Source: a virus
Lineage: Duplodnaviria; Caudoviricetes
IMG/VR virus record: IMGVR_UViG_3300011442_000010
Coordinates: 5,948 to 69,947 of that record
Length of the DNA: 64,000 nucleotides
Strand: one strand, 5' to 3'
Below the pieces are notes generated by a model that did no database searches, was not told the origin of the DNA, and saw only the letters and a program-made list of their open reading frames with translations. Below, one piece after another: positions 9,619 through 18,555 of the stretch (the stretch's first letter is position 1; every line of letters starts with the position of its first letter). A program made the translations under genes and the position numbers.

Positions 9619-10387
9619 AAATCTTTCCTCCATATGCAAATTTTCCATTAGAAACCACACACCCATGGATGTTGAAGTTTCCATTGGGATGGAACTCTAC
9701 AATCACCAGACCATTAACCCAGGCCGTTGGCCTATTCCGTAGGTAGGTGGGGTTAACCTCACAAGCCCCGGGAGCACATTCTGCCATCCACTTCTCAGTT
9801 TCGTCGTGAGGGAGAACCTTGGTGTAGCTCTGCGGCGAGTGAAGATGTCCGTAGAGAACTGAACTGCAATAGCTCTCAACGGCCTTCTTGGCATGATACT
9901 GACTAGCTTGATTGCCAACTCCGGTTAAAGTCTCACCATGAATAAAGGTAAGCTTCCCATGCTTATAGCTCTGACCACATTGAACTACATTCCAACCACG
10001 CTCTTCCAGACTGAGAAGCAGTGGTCTCTCTATAGTCCCCTGCAACTCTGGGTGTCTCTCTACTAATTGAAACTCCCAATCACAGTGGTTCCCTAAGATG
10101 TAGATCTTCTCTGCTTCCTTCGACAACGCGGGTTCGAGCTTTCGAAGAATGTCTCTTTCAAACCCTTCGGTGTTCTTACGATAGCTACCTGGGAGTTTGT
10201 AAATACCTTTGCCGCGATTATGCGGAGAAATTTCTTGATTGTCAAACTGATCTCCCCCAAAGAGGAACCCATCGACTTTGTTTTGGCTTAGGAAATCCAA
10301 CGCCGCGTCGAAGGTGGGTTTGTGATGGAAAGGATAATGTAAATCGTAGATGCAGAGATATGTCTCTGATTGGTTTTTCTTAGGCAA
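9605..10387 (-). CDS. Calcineurin-like metallophosphoesterase
   Basis: DLH, GGD, GNH, HG, GHLH motifs in order. Confidence 0.9.
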   Translation of the reverse strand: MPKKNQSETYLCIYDLHYPFHHKPTFDAALDFLSQNKVDGFLFGGDQFDNQEISPHNRGKGIYKLPGSYRKNTEGFERDILRKLEPALSKEAEKIYILGNHCDWEFQLVERHPELQGTIERPLLLSLEERGWNVVQCGQSYKHGKLTFIHGETLTGVGNQASQYHAKKAVESYCSSVLYGHLHSPQSYTKVLPHDETEKWMAECAPGACEVNPTYLRNRPTAWVNGLVIVEFHPNGNFNIHGCVVSNGKFAYGGKIYGSK

Positions 10388-10388
10388 C

Positions 10389-11606
10389 TTACGTCGCCTC
10401 CTTTGTTTTGAAATACCTGCCTTCGTGTAGTGCTATATCCCCACTTTGGAGCAGGGAGTCTAGGTATTTAATTACGTCTTGGGAGGTTGCTTGAGTCCTC
10501 ATCATCTGCTTGATCTGCTGCCCACTAGCCCCCACAGGGGGGATGCAATCCAGTACGGAGGTGAGTATTTTCCCTATCTGTGTTGTGGGCACAACTACCT
10601 CTTGAAGCTTCTGCTCCGCATACGAATACATGGTAATCGCTGCGTGAAGATCACTCTCTGTGATTGCATCCCTCTTGCTGCTCAGCGCGGTCAGCATAGC
10701 GAGACGTTTTACGAACTCAGGTGCGCGTGCGGCGAATGGCGCGAGTAGGCCACTCCCGGGATTGTGTTGGTTATACCACTTCGCCCAAAAATCCGCGGTG
10801 GCATAATCCGCGAACCTCACCGCTCCTTGGTGAAATCCCACCACCTCCAAGAACCCCTCCCAGACTCTCTCTCTGCGAAGAGCAGTTTCTCTCTGCGCGG
10901 AGAGGGAGATACTCATGGAAGGGTTGGCGACACGTTGCTTGCGGTGGTCTTCTTTGATGATGAAGAAGCGGGGGAGAAACCCGCCTCCGATGGCGGTGTC
11001 AGGAAGCGCGGTTTGAAGCCAGTCTTTGGTGGAGCCTCCCATAACCGTCACGGCGGGTTCTGCGATTCGTTGGAGCTGGTTGGAGCGCGTGCGGAGTTCA
11101 ACTGGATTGTAGTCGAGGAGCTCCGTGATGTAGGGGAGAAGGGGCTTCATGTAATCGGCTTTGTTGAAGAACGCCGCGAGCTCACTCGCATATATGATGG
11201 CCTGTGGCATCGGCATGAGATCTTCATGGAGCTTCTCCTTGGTGGTGGCACCGCCGAAGAACTGGGGGCGGAATTCCACTGGGAGTTTCTCAAGCAGATA
11301 TAGGCGAGACACGCTCATGCTGGAGGATTTGCCGATCCCACTGTTGCCGATTAGGAGGATATTAAGCATTGGGAACAGCGGTCGATAGTCATCCACATAC
11401 CACGTTCCTCTTCCCATCGTAGCTCCCATCATGCTCATCGCGGTGAAGAGGAGGTAGCTTGTGGGGAGTTCGGTTGCTTCCCAGCAGCGGAGCCACTCCC
11501 TAAACCAGCTCTCCTCCGGTATACTCTCCACCATCTTCTCTACTGTTATCACCGTGGTTTGGCCCTCGCCATGGGAACGACTACTTTGGAATAACACTTG
11601 GGGCAA
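10389..11606 (-). CDS. DUF3987/YfjI-like P-loop ATPase, probable replicative helicase
   Basis: Walker A GNSGIGKSS, YASELAAFF, TVMGGST, GGGFLPRF; winged-helix-like C-terminus; no primase domain seen. Confidence 0.75.
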   Translation of the reverse strand: MPQVLFQSSRSHGEGQTTVITVEKMVESIPEESWFREWLRCWEATELPTSYLLFTAMSMMGATMGRGTWYVDDYRPLFPMLNILLIGNSGIGKSSSMSVSRLYLLEKLPVEFRPQFFGGATTKEKLHEDLMPMPQAIIYASELAAFFNKADYMKPLLPYITELLDYNPVELRTRSNQLQRIAEPAVTVMGGSTKDWLQTALPDTAIGGGFLPRFFIIKEDHRKQRVANPSMSISLSAQRETALRRERVWEGFLEVVGFHQGAVRFADYATADFWAKWYNQHNPGSGLLAPFAARAPEFVKRLAMLTALSSKRDAITESDLHAAITMYSYAEQKLQEVVVPTTQIGKILTSVLDCIPPVGASGQQIKQMMRTQATSQDVIKYLDSLLQSGDIALHEGRYFKTKEAT

Positions 11607-11645
11607 AGGTTGCCCCTTCCGTCGGGAGTGTATCTAACCCCGCAA

Positions 11646-11996
11646 CTACTGCACTTCATAAGGTTCCTGCTCGAAGGAGTAGGAGGGTTTGGTGGGCTTT
11701 AGCTGCATGATCTTTTGCTGGAGTTCGGCTTGATCCGCTAGCTGCTCGTTGCGTTCTCGGCGGGTGCGTTCGCGCTTACGGGCATAGGAGTCTTCGAGGG
11801 ATTCTAGCTCCGCGGCGTGGAACCACTCCACCAGATGCTTCACCCCGTCGTTGGTCTGGGTTGGGCGGCGCACCTGAACAGCATCATCCAGCATCCCATT
11901 GGCGCGTTCGATCTCTCCGCAGTGGTTAATCTGAAGTACCCACACCTCCTCTCCGGTAATTTTATGTACCGCAACGTCATTTATTTTGATTGCCAT
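11646..11996 (-). CDS. Hypothetical protein
   Basis: 116 aa ORF with SD, in the replication operon. Confidence 0.6.
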   Translation of the reverse strand: MAIKINDVAVHKITGEEVWVLQINHCGEIERANGMLDDAVQVRRPTQTNDGVKHLVEWFHAAELESLEDSYARKRERTRRERNEQLADQAELQQKIMQLKPTKPSYSFEQEPYEVQ

Positions 11997-12150
11997 TTTT
12001 TCCCTTCTCTATGTTAGACTCACCCAAGGGGCGGTTTGTTCGCAAAAATCTTTTCAACCTGATGTTGTAGCTGGTTCCGGGAGGGCTTTTGGAGAGAACG
12101 TCGTAGAGCCGATCGAGGGCTTTATCCAAGCGAGTGTTGGTTAGCTTCAT
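11977..12150 (-). CDS. Small hypothetical protein (57 aa, not in ORF track)
   Basis: ATGA overlap with polymerase stop; MKLTNTRLDKALDRLYDVLSK... Confidence 0.45.
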   Translation of the reverse strand: MKLTNTRLDKALDRLYDVLSKSPPGTSYNIRLKRFLRTNRPLGESNIEKGKNGNQNK

Positions 12151-14570
12151 AATATCGGCCCCTTATACTTCTCTGTTTCTCCCCAGCTCTTACCTACTGC
12201 TATCCCTATAGGTAGCACTAAGCCTCCAAGTTCCTTCCAGGGCTGCTCCATCACCCTCTTCAATACCCCCACGACCTGAGGTATCAATATATCCGGAGTC
12301 TCGATAATCAAAGAATCGTGAACTTGTACCACTAGGTTCGCCGGGTGCGGCAAAGGCTCTACACAACCTACAACCTTCAACACCATCTCTAAAGGCCACG
12401 AGATGCGCTCGTACATGAGCCCTAACATCGCTCGGAATATCACGTCCGCCGCGGCTGACTGGGGTAAGAAACTCAAGGACTCTGTGTAGTAGCTGGTGGT
12501 ATAAAACCACCTCTTCCGCCCAAAGGGAGTTGTTAATACCCCCTCCCTCTTCGCCTCGTCCGCCAGACGGTTCTGCCACTGTACTGTCTTCGCTAATGCG
12601 CTTTTCCATTTGTCCAGGAGATCCTTGGTCTCTTTGAAATCCATGTCATACATCATGGAGATCTTCTTCGCCCCCATGCCATAGTTGCTACCATGGACTA
12701 TACGTTTGGCTTTACCGTAGGGGGCATCCTTATCGTTGTCCTTCTCTACCTCATCATACGGGATACCAAAGAACACCGATACCGCATGTTTGTGTTCGCT
12801 GTAGTCTGGGATCGTGAGAAATCTCTCCATCCTCTCCGTGTCGTTAGCAAAGTAAGCAGTAAGGCGATTCTCAATCCCGCTATAATCAACATCTATGATG
12901 CTCCAGCCTTCATGCCGGGGAACGTAGATAAACCGGGCGGATTCGGTGATGTTCTGGAGGTTGGGATCACTAGAAGATAATCTCCCCGACGCGGTTCCGT
13001 GAACGTTGAAGTGGGTATGGATAGTATCAACACTTAACATCTCCTCCTTGCAGAACAAGGTAAGAAGACTATTCATCTTCTTGAGATTCTTCACCGCTTT
13101 GATCGCGCGGTTCTTCGTCTTGTTGTAGTGCTTATCCAGCGCGATTTTTCCGGTGGAGGGTTTCCCCGTCTTTAGGTCTGGAATCGGCTGAAGACCAAGC
13201 TCCTCGTGGAGCCACTTGGCGATTTTGGTTGGACTGGCCCAGGGGGTTTCCTGTTCCTCAACTTCGGTGTGAATGAACTTAACAGGCTTGCCAGACTTCC
13301 CAAGCGTTCCCGGCGGAGCAGGCTGTCGTTTTCGAACCACGATGTTATGTGTTTGAAGAGATTCTGGGAGATACTTCTCCTCTGCTTGGATCTCTGCTGT
13401 GATGCGTTCACGTACTTCTCCTATGCGATTGGGGTTTACTTTAAACCCCTTCTCGCTCATGTGCTTACATATTTTGGCTAATGGAACCTGGACGTAGCGG
13501 TAGAGATCCATCAGCCCGCCCTGCTCCACCAGCGGTCGAAGTTGCCGGAAGGCTTGGAAGGTTACATCCGTATCTCTCGCGCAATACAACTCGAAGTTTT
13601 TCTTGTCCGCCTTCCACGCGGGCTTGTTGCAGAATTGACTCCCTACAAACTCTAAATCGTGCGGCAGATCTGGAAATCGCAAGTGCTGCAATAACATAGT
13701 ATCCCATAAGGTACAAGTCCCAGAAGGCTCAATTCCATTGTCTCGCAATACGGGCAAGTCAAACTGGATACTATTGTGGCCAATGACCGACTTCGCTTCT
13801 TTGAATATTCTTTTAAGTTCACTTATATAACTCCCCTGAAACGGCACCACCATAGCTTCGTAGAGCTTGCTGCTTAGCCCTACCATGGTGATCTTCCGTG
13901 CGTCGCCCCACCAGTAAGCGGTTTCTATGTCAAAAGCAAACTCAGCCGCTTTAAAAGCCTGGACATCTTGCAGCGTAGGTTGCAAGTTATATCGCTCGGG
14001 TGGCGGCTGCAAACCCTTCCGGAGGTCGTTGATAACCACCGGAAGCATGACTTGATCTCGCGCGATGTAGGCGGGGTGCAGCGTGGGCACGGCGAGTGGT
14101 TTTCCACCTCCAAGGTCTGGTACAGGAAGCGGAGATCCTCGCCACTTAAAGATTCCGTCAGTCTTACCCAAGATGTACTCAAGGGGTTTGGCCCCGAGTA
14201 TATCAATGCGATCCCAGCGTTTTTCCTGCAACAAGGGCTGTACGTGATTTCGGATACACTGGGAGATAGAAGCCTCACCATCAGCATGGGATATGTATCC
14301 TTTGGCTTCGTTATCAGTTGGGAAAACATTGTTGGGAGGTCTACATTGGATAACGTTCGTGATAGTAAGGTCATCTCGCTTCAATCCTGCTTTCTTGCAG
14401 CATATATCGAACCAAGTTCCGGCTCCACCAGTGAGAGGCTCACCTGTCTCGGCCTCGACAGAACCGGGGGCTTCCGCAATCACCAGCCGCTTCCCACTCC
14501 CCCACTTAGGAGGAACGAAAACGTTCTCAGGGAAGAGCTCCCTCATCTTACATCCCTCACACCCCGGCAT
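12147..14570 (-). CDS. polA: Family A DNA polymerase with N-terminal family-4 uracil-DNA-glycosylase-like domain and 3'-5' exonuclease
   Basis: UDG: CEGC, AEAPG..E...G.P..G.AG, TNVIQCRPP, PTLHPAY; Exo: FDIET, GHNSIQFD, YCARD; Pol: TASGRLSSSDPNLQNI, DYSGIENR, KRIVHGSNYG, VHDSL. Confidence 0.95.
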   Translation of the reverse strand: MPGCEGCKMRELFPENVFVPPKWGSGKRLVIAEAPGSVEAETGEPLTGGAGTWFDICCKKAGLKRDDLTITNVIQCRPPNNVFPTDNEAKGYISHADGEASISQCIRNHVQPLLQEKRWDRIDILGAKPLEYILGKTDGIFKWRGSPLPVPDLGGGKPLAVPTLHPAYIARDQVMLPVVINDLRKGLQPPPERYNLQPTLQDVQAFKAAEFAFDIETAYWWGDARKITMVGLSSKLYEAMVVPFQGSYISELKRIFKEAKSVIGHNSIQFDLPVLRDNGIEPSGTCTLWDTMLLQHLRFPDLPHDLEFVGSQFCNKPAWKADKKNFELYCARDTDVTFQAFRQLRPLVEQGGLMDLYRYVQVPLAKICKHMSEKGFKVNPNRIGEVRERITAEIQAEEKYLPESLQTHNIVVRKRQPAPPGTLGKSGKPVKFIHTEVEEQETPWASPTKIAKWLHEELGLQPIPDLKTGKPSTGKIALDKHYNKTKNRAIKAVKNLKKMNSLLTLFCKEEMLSVDTIHTHFNVHGTASGRLSSSDPNLQNITESARFIYVPRHEGWSIIDVDYSGIENRLTAYFANDTERMERFLTIPDYSEHKHAVSVFFGIPYDEVEKDNDKDAPYGKAKRIVHGSNYGMGAKKISMMYDMDFKETKDLLDKWKSALAKTVQWQNRLADEAKREGVLTTPFGRKRWFYTTSYYTESLSFLPQSAAADVIFRAMLGLMYERISWPLEMVLKVVGCVEPLPHPANLVVQVHDSLIIETPDILIPQVVGVLKRVMEQPWKELGGLVLPIGIAVGKSWGETEKYKGPIL

Positions 14571-14584
14571 CTCCGAAACTGTCT

Positions 14585-14827
14585 TTAGCTTTTTGTCTTC
14601 GATGGTGTCCCCCTAAAGTAGGTGCAGCAGCCTTGACTTTCTACCAAGGCGTGGCCTTCGTCGTCGTGTGGAACCGCAAGATCACTCTGAACCATGGGAT
14701 GCTCACAATGTGTGGGTGGCCCCTCGTCGAAGTGCATACATCTCGCACAATAAAACGGCCCAAGAGAAGGCGCAGCATATCCTGCTACCATGGTGCCGAT
14801 GGGGAGAATATCTGTAGCGTTACTCAT
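14585..14827 (-). CDS. Small HiPIP-like four-cysteine protein
   Basis: GY....YCARCMHF...C...V..QGCCTYF resembles the HiPIP Cys spacing. Confidence 0.5.
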   Translation of the reverse strand: MSNATDILPIGTMVAGYAAPSLGPFYCARCMHFDEGPPTHCEHPMVQSDLAVPHDDEGHALVESQGCCTYFRGTPSKTKS

Positions 14828-15378
14828 TGTTCTCCTTCTTGGGAAACAACTCTCTTGCTATCTCCACTGCTCGTTCGAGATACTTCTGTAACTCTGGAGA
14901 CACTTTCTCCTGTTCCCACAACTTCTTTATCTTCGAATCTATCTTGAAGTACTCGTACATTTCGCACCCTTGGATGTATCATTGCAATCCCTGGCCTACT
15001 CTCCCACCACCCTATCTCCGTGGTAAACTTCCCGTTCTCTTTCTTCGCTACCCTCATCACCCCAAACACATGCTCCCCGCTGGAGAAGCTGGTGTCCCAA
15101 TCCACCTGGGAGGGAGTAGCATCGGTGGAATCCGGGTGGGAGTGACATGATCCAATGTAGGCTAATCCGCTTCCGGCCTTCGCCAGAGCATCGCTTTCTT
15201 GGTATCTCACAGTGTCGGTGGTGGCGTGTTGGTGGGGGGTGTGGAGGGCTTCGATGATTACGCTACTCCCCTCAATCCTCCCCCAACAGGTTTCCATGTG
15301 CTCTTGAGGGTAGGCGGCAATGGCGCGTTTACGGAACTCCGCGATGAGTTTCTTGCTAATGAGTATTCTGGTTATCAT
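14824..15378 (-). CDS. JAB/MPN+ (JAMM) metallo-isopeptidase-like protein
   Basis: Start ATG 15378 (ATGA overlap); EHME...GSCHSHPDSTDATPSQVD = E...HSH-x-SxxD motif. Confidence 0.85.
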   Translation of the reverse strand: MITRILISKKLIAEFRKRAIAAYPQEHMETCWGRIEGSSVIIEALHTPHQHATTDTVRYQESDALAKAGSGLAYIGSCHSHPDSTDATPSQVDWDTSFSSGEHVFGVMRVAKKENGKFTTEIGWWESRPGIAMIHPRVRNVRVLQDRFEDKEVVGTGESVSRVTEVSRTSSGDSKRVVSQEGEQ

Positions 15379-15602
15379 CTTGTTGGCTGCCCCGTGTTGG
15401 TTACGATTCCGAAGTGATACAACAACCACCCCATCATGGCCCATCTAGCCCATGCGGGAATGGAGTCTCGAATCATCCAAGTGAGAGGGATGGCTCCGTG
15501 AACTCGGCGCAGGCCGATGATTTCTAGCACCACAAACCCTAGCGCCCATGCTATCCAGGCCCAGAGTGTCCAGTGAGGGTAGAGTTTGAATACATTTATC
15601 AT
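15375..15602 (-). CDS. Small membrane protein
   Basis: 75 aa, Trp-rich hydrophobic segments. Confidence 0.55.
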   Translation of the reverse strand: MINVFKLYPHWTLWAWIAWALGFVVLEIIGLRRVHGAIPLTWMIRDSIPAWARWAMMGWLLYHFGIVTNTGQPTR

Positions 15603-15633
15603 AGTCTCATCGGGAGACTACGCTCCCGAGTTA

Positions 15634-16029
15634 CTAGCTCTTTGCTGGGCTAGGGTTGAGGATGCCGAGTCGCTGCCGGTCAATCCCTTCCTTGTCCTTC
15701 ACAATCGAGACCGGGAGGGTAAAGCGAAGTCCCTGAACTCGCTGGAAGTATGCGATGGGATGCTCACCTGCTTCGAAGTCCACGCCAATGGCTACAGCTA
15801 CTCGCTTCACCGCGGTGGGGCTCCAGTCCTGCTTCGAGGGGTTCGGGAAGCTCATGAACAACCGCTTGCCGTTGAACTCCCCACCCGCCACCGCAACCGG
15901 AACATCAATCGCGTCCGGGTCGAAGGTTCCGGCTTTTGCGCCGCCCAATACTTCCACTTGGTAGTTCCCCGCGGGGAGAAGCTCTCGCCCAGTTGGGAGG
16001 TCTTTCAGGTCAATATCTGTCCAGCTCAT
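15634..16029 (-). CDS. DUF669-like single-stranded DNA-binding protein
   Basis: LLPAGNYQVEV...GEFNGKRLF pattern; lies next to Sak4-like ATPase. Confidence 0.7.
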   Translation of the reverse strand: MSWTDIDLKDLPTGRELLPAGNYQVEVLGGAKAGTFDPDAIDVPVAVAGGEFNGKRLFMSFPNPSKQDWSPTAVKRVAVAIGVDFEAGEHPIAYFQRVQGLRFTLPVSIVKDKEGIDRQRLGILNPSPAKS

Positions 16030-16231
16030 ACTTAGTTATTCTCCTTAGTTTGGTTTGTTTGATTGGTTGTTTCGTAGAATCCGTCGGCTTGGGAACGCCA
16101 GAGATGATTGTCAAAGCACTCAACACAAGGCTTGACTATGTGGCACTCACAGATACAGCTCGTTACATAATCAGGCATACTTCTTCCTCAACTGCAACCA
16201 CGCGGGTTTCGGTGGTGCCTTGCGCTTAGGC

Positions 16232-16441
16232 TTAGAGTTTGCCATCTACCATCTCCACACCCTTCTTAACCTCGGCCTTCGCCCCGCCGAACAGGGAGAG
16301 CAGCTTCTGCTCCACCTGCTTGCCAATGTCCAGTTCCAAATCCGCGAAGTTGTATTTCTTCTTATACTCCACGATGCTGCCGATCTGGAAGCCTAGGAAG
16401 GCCACGATTATTCCTGCTAATGCTTGTTCAAATCCGTTCAT
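16232..16441 (-). CDS. Small protein with N-terminal transmembrane segment
   Basis: ATG 16441 (ATGA overlap); MNGFEQALAGIIVAFLGFQIG. Confidence 0.5.
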   Translation of the reverse strand: MNGFEQALAGIIVAFLGFQIGSIVEYKKKYNFADLELDIGKQVEQKLLSLFGGAKAEVKKGVEMVDGKL

Positions 16442-17247
16442 TGTTTTGCTCCATTCGCGTAACCGCTTTTGATTTTCTCTATCATCCAAGGAAAGCTGCC
16501 TTCTCCTGTTTCGAGGTTAAACGTAACCTCAGGAGGAAGAAGGGGAACTCCTAGATTATTACTTCTGCACTTGGCAAGGGTCGATAAACCATCCGGAGAT
16601 GTCCGGAAATACCGTTCGACATATCGAGTTGAAGGATCGCGCTTGTCTCGGAAGCACTGACGTGTGCGAAGGCGAAACACGAAGTCGAACATCGCCGTGC
16701 AGGTAAGAGCTAATGCTCCGGGAAGATCTGGCACATATAACGAAGTGCCGTCGTCTTGATTGACATCTTTTTCTGTAGCTGAAATAATCAAGTGCTGGTC
16801 GCGTTCAAGAAGTTTGGCGAGTAGCCTTCGGGTGATCTCTGCCATGACTCCATAATCATCCAACTCCGGAACCCCTTGCGCGCGCTTCTCAGAGACTCCC
16901 TGCTTACGGGGGATGGCCAAGGCTGCATCCTTGATGAAACTCTTAACCATATAAGAAAGAGAATCCAAAGCAACTACCGCCTTATCTCGGAACACCGCGC
17001 CGTTACAGAAAGCTTCTAACTCTCCGAGGTTCGCAGGCTCCACATACTCCACATCCTTCTGAGCTACAGAGAGCAATCCCTTTCCATGCCCAGTCTCACA
17101 CGCCGCGATTCCGAGACTTCCGTGAGGTTGATTGGCGGTTTCTATCCAAGTCGTTTTTCCTGACCCCGGCAAACTGTACAACAACACCTTCATCTTAAAC
17201 TTCGCGGGATCAATACTATCTTTACTTCGTTTGATTGCTAAGCTCAA
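16438..17247 (-). CDS. AAA_24/Sak4-like ATPase (ssDNA-annealing recombinase)
   Basis: KVLLYSLPGSGKTT, ALDSLS, DYG, LIISATEKD, PDLPG. Confidence 0.85.
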   Translation of the reverse strand: MSLAIKRSKDSIDPAKFKMKVLLYSLPGSGKTTWIETANQPHGSLGIAACETGHGKGLLSVAQKDVEYVEPANLGELEAFCNGAVFRDKAVVALDSLSYMVKSFIKDAALAIPRKQGVSEKRAQGVPELDDYGVMAEITRRLLAKLLERDQHLIISATEKDVNQDDGTSLYVPDLPGALALTCTAMFDFVFRLRTRQCFRDKRDPSTRYVERYFRTSPDGLSTLAKCRSNNLGVPLLPPEVTFNLETGEGSFPWMIEKIKSGYANGAKQ

Positions 17248-17435
17248 TTCTCCTCCGGTTCTTCGTCATCTTCCACGCTCTCCACTCCTACTACTTCCTT
17301 CTCCACATCATCGCCTTCGTCTTCGTCCTCCAGCAACATCTGCTGGGCGATTTCCTCCGCCTCTTCCAGCGAAGATACATCCGGCAGGAAGTAGGTGTGG
17401 ATTGATTCAACCGTTAGGGTAACTACTGCGTTCAT
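17244..17435 (-). CDS. Very acidic small protein
   Basis: 63 aa, 23 Asp/Glu against 1 Lys and 0 Arg. Confidence 0.6.
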   Translation of the reverse strand: MNAVVTLTVESIHTYFLPDVSSLEEAEEIAQQMLLEDEDEGDDVEKEVVGVESVEDDEEPEEN

Positions 17436-17607
17436 CGAATTCCTCCATTAGTTTCTTAAACTTTTGATCTAGTTCTTCTCCGCATGCTGTACAATGGTTA
17501 GACTCATCGCAACTGGCTTTTGTTCCATGGTGCCAGCGAATTTCTTCACACCTGGGGCAGATGTGACGATGATTCTTGCCTGATAGATCGAGCTGATCCC
17601 AACTCAT
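17407..17607 (-). CDS. Small Cys/His-rich hypothetical protein
   Basis: HICPRC...HCTAC. Confidence 0.5.
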   Translation of the reverse strand: MSWDQLDLSGKNHRHICPRCEEIRWHHGTKASCDESNHCTACGEELDQKFKKLMEEFDERSSYPNG

Positions 17608-18115
17608 TTAACCTCGCTTTCGCACGCTGGGTATTCTCGTGCTGTTCTTTAATCGTAGCCCACCTCACATTACCTTTCTCATAGTGACCATCTACGTCAA
17701 TCCGATCTACCGAGTGCTCAGAAGATGGACGGAAACCGAGAGCGTCAAAGAACTCTTGAAAATCACGGAAACGAAATTCTATCCCACGCCCGCCATACCA
17801 CTTCCACTGCCTACAACGCGCATTTGTGCAACGGTTTAATGCACCTTGGTAAGCTTTATACTCTGGGGTATCAGCCATACCATGTTTACGTTTCCATGGT
17901 TTCTTGCCTTGCTGGAACTCCCGATTCTTGCAGCCACAAGATACTTTAGCCTTGCGCTTCAAGGCTCTTGACTGTGCCAGACATTCGTTTCCACAATCAC
18001 ACTTACATCGCCACATCCTGTTGTAGTGGTTATCGACACCTGCAAATTCTAAGACGGAGAGCCGTTCAAACTTTAAACCTACAAGATTATAACGATCAGA
18101 TACGGCTCGAATCAT
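17546..18115 (-). CDS. HNH homing endonuclease-like protein
   Basis: WRCKCDCGN...SCGC...HG...YGGRGI...HSVDRIDVDGHYEKGNVRWAT. Confidence 0.9.
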   Translation of the reverse strand: MIRAVSDRYNLVGLKFERLSVLEFAGVDNHYNRMWRCKCDCGNECLAQSRALKRKAKVSCGCKNREFQQGKKPWKRKHGMADTPEYKAYQGALNRCTNARCRQWKWYGGRGIEFRFRDFQEFFDALGFRPSSEHSVDRIDVDGHYEKGNVRWATIKEQHENTQRAKARLNELGSARSIRQESSSHLPQV

Positions 18116-18300
18116 ACCTGCTTCCTCCGGAACTCCTTACAAGGGCAGTGGACATCCCAGCTCCCCCCATATCTCCCCTCCACTTCCACTTCCACCTCAC
18201 ACCATCCTCTTCGATGGTTCCAGCGGGAATGCCCGCATTGGCACTCCATGTTGAGTTGGCGTTTGCTATAGGCCACTGAGGTAGGGTTCGGCTTCTTCAT
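18112..18300 (-). CDS. Small CxCGH...H...C...CxC protein
   Basis: CQCGHSRWNH...WC...CPCKEF. Confidence 0.5.
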   Translation of the reverse strand: MKKPNPTSVAYSKRQLNMECQCGHSRWNHRRGWCEVEVEVEGRYGGSWDVHCPCKEFRRKQV

Positions 18301-18312
18301 CTATACACTCCT

Positions 18313-18555
18313 TTAATAACCGTCATAGCCATAATCCCGATCCTGCTCTTTTGCGTATTCGTAGTCTACTTCATATTCTACATAATGATGTTGGCGTAGA
18401 GACTTACAACCACAAGCATATAAGTCTCCAGGAGTAATTCCATCTACCCTCACATCGCAGTAGCCTTTAGTGTGTAGGCTAAGTAAGTGTTTACACTTCT
18501 TGCATTTAGAGTCCAGAGAGATACGGCTCTGCTTCTTTAAACTTAATCCTGACAA
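18313..18555 (-). CDS. Small Cys/His-rich protein, similar motif to 18112-18300
   Basis: CKKCKHLLSLH...YC...CGCKSL. Confidence 0.5.
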   Translation of the reverse strand: MSGLSLKKQSRISLDSKCKKCKHLLSLHTKGYCDVRVDGITPGDLYACGCKSLRQHHYVEYEVDYEYAKEQDRDYGYDGY

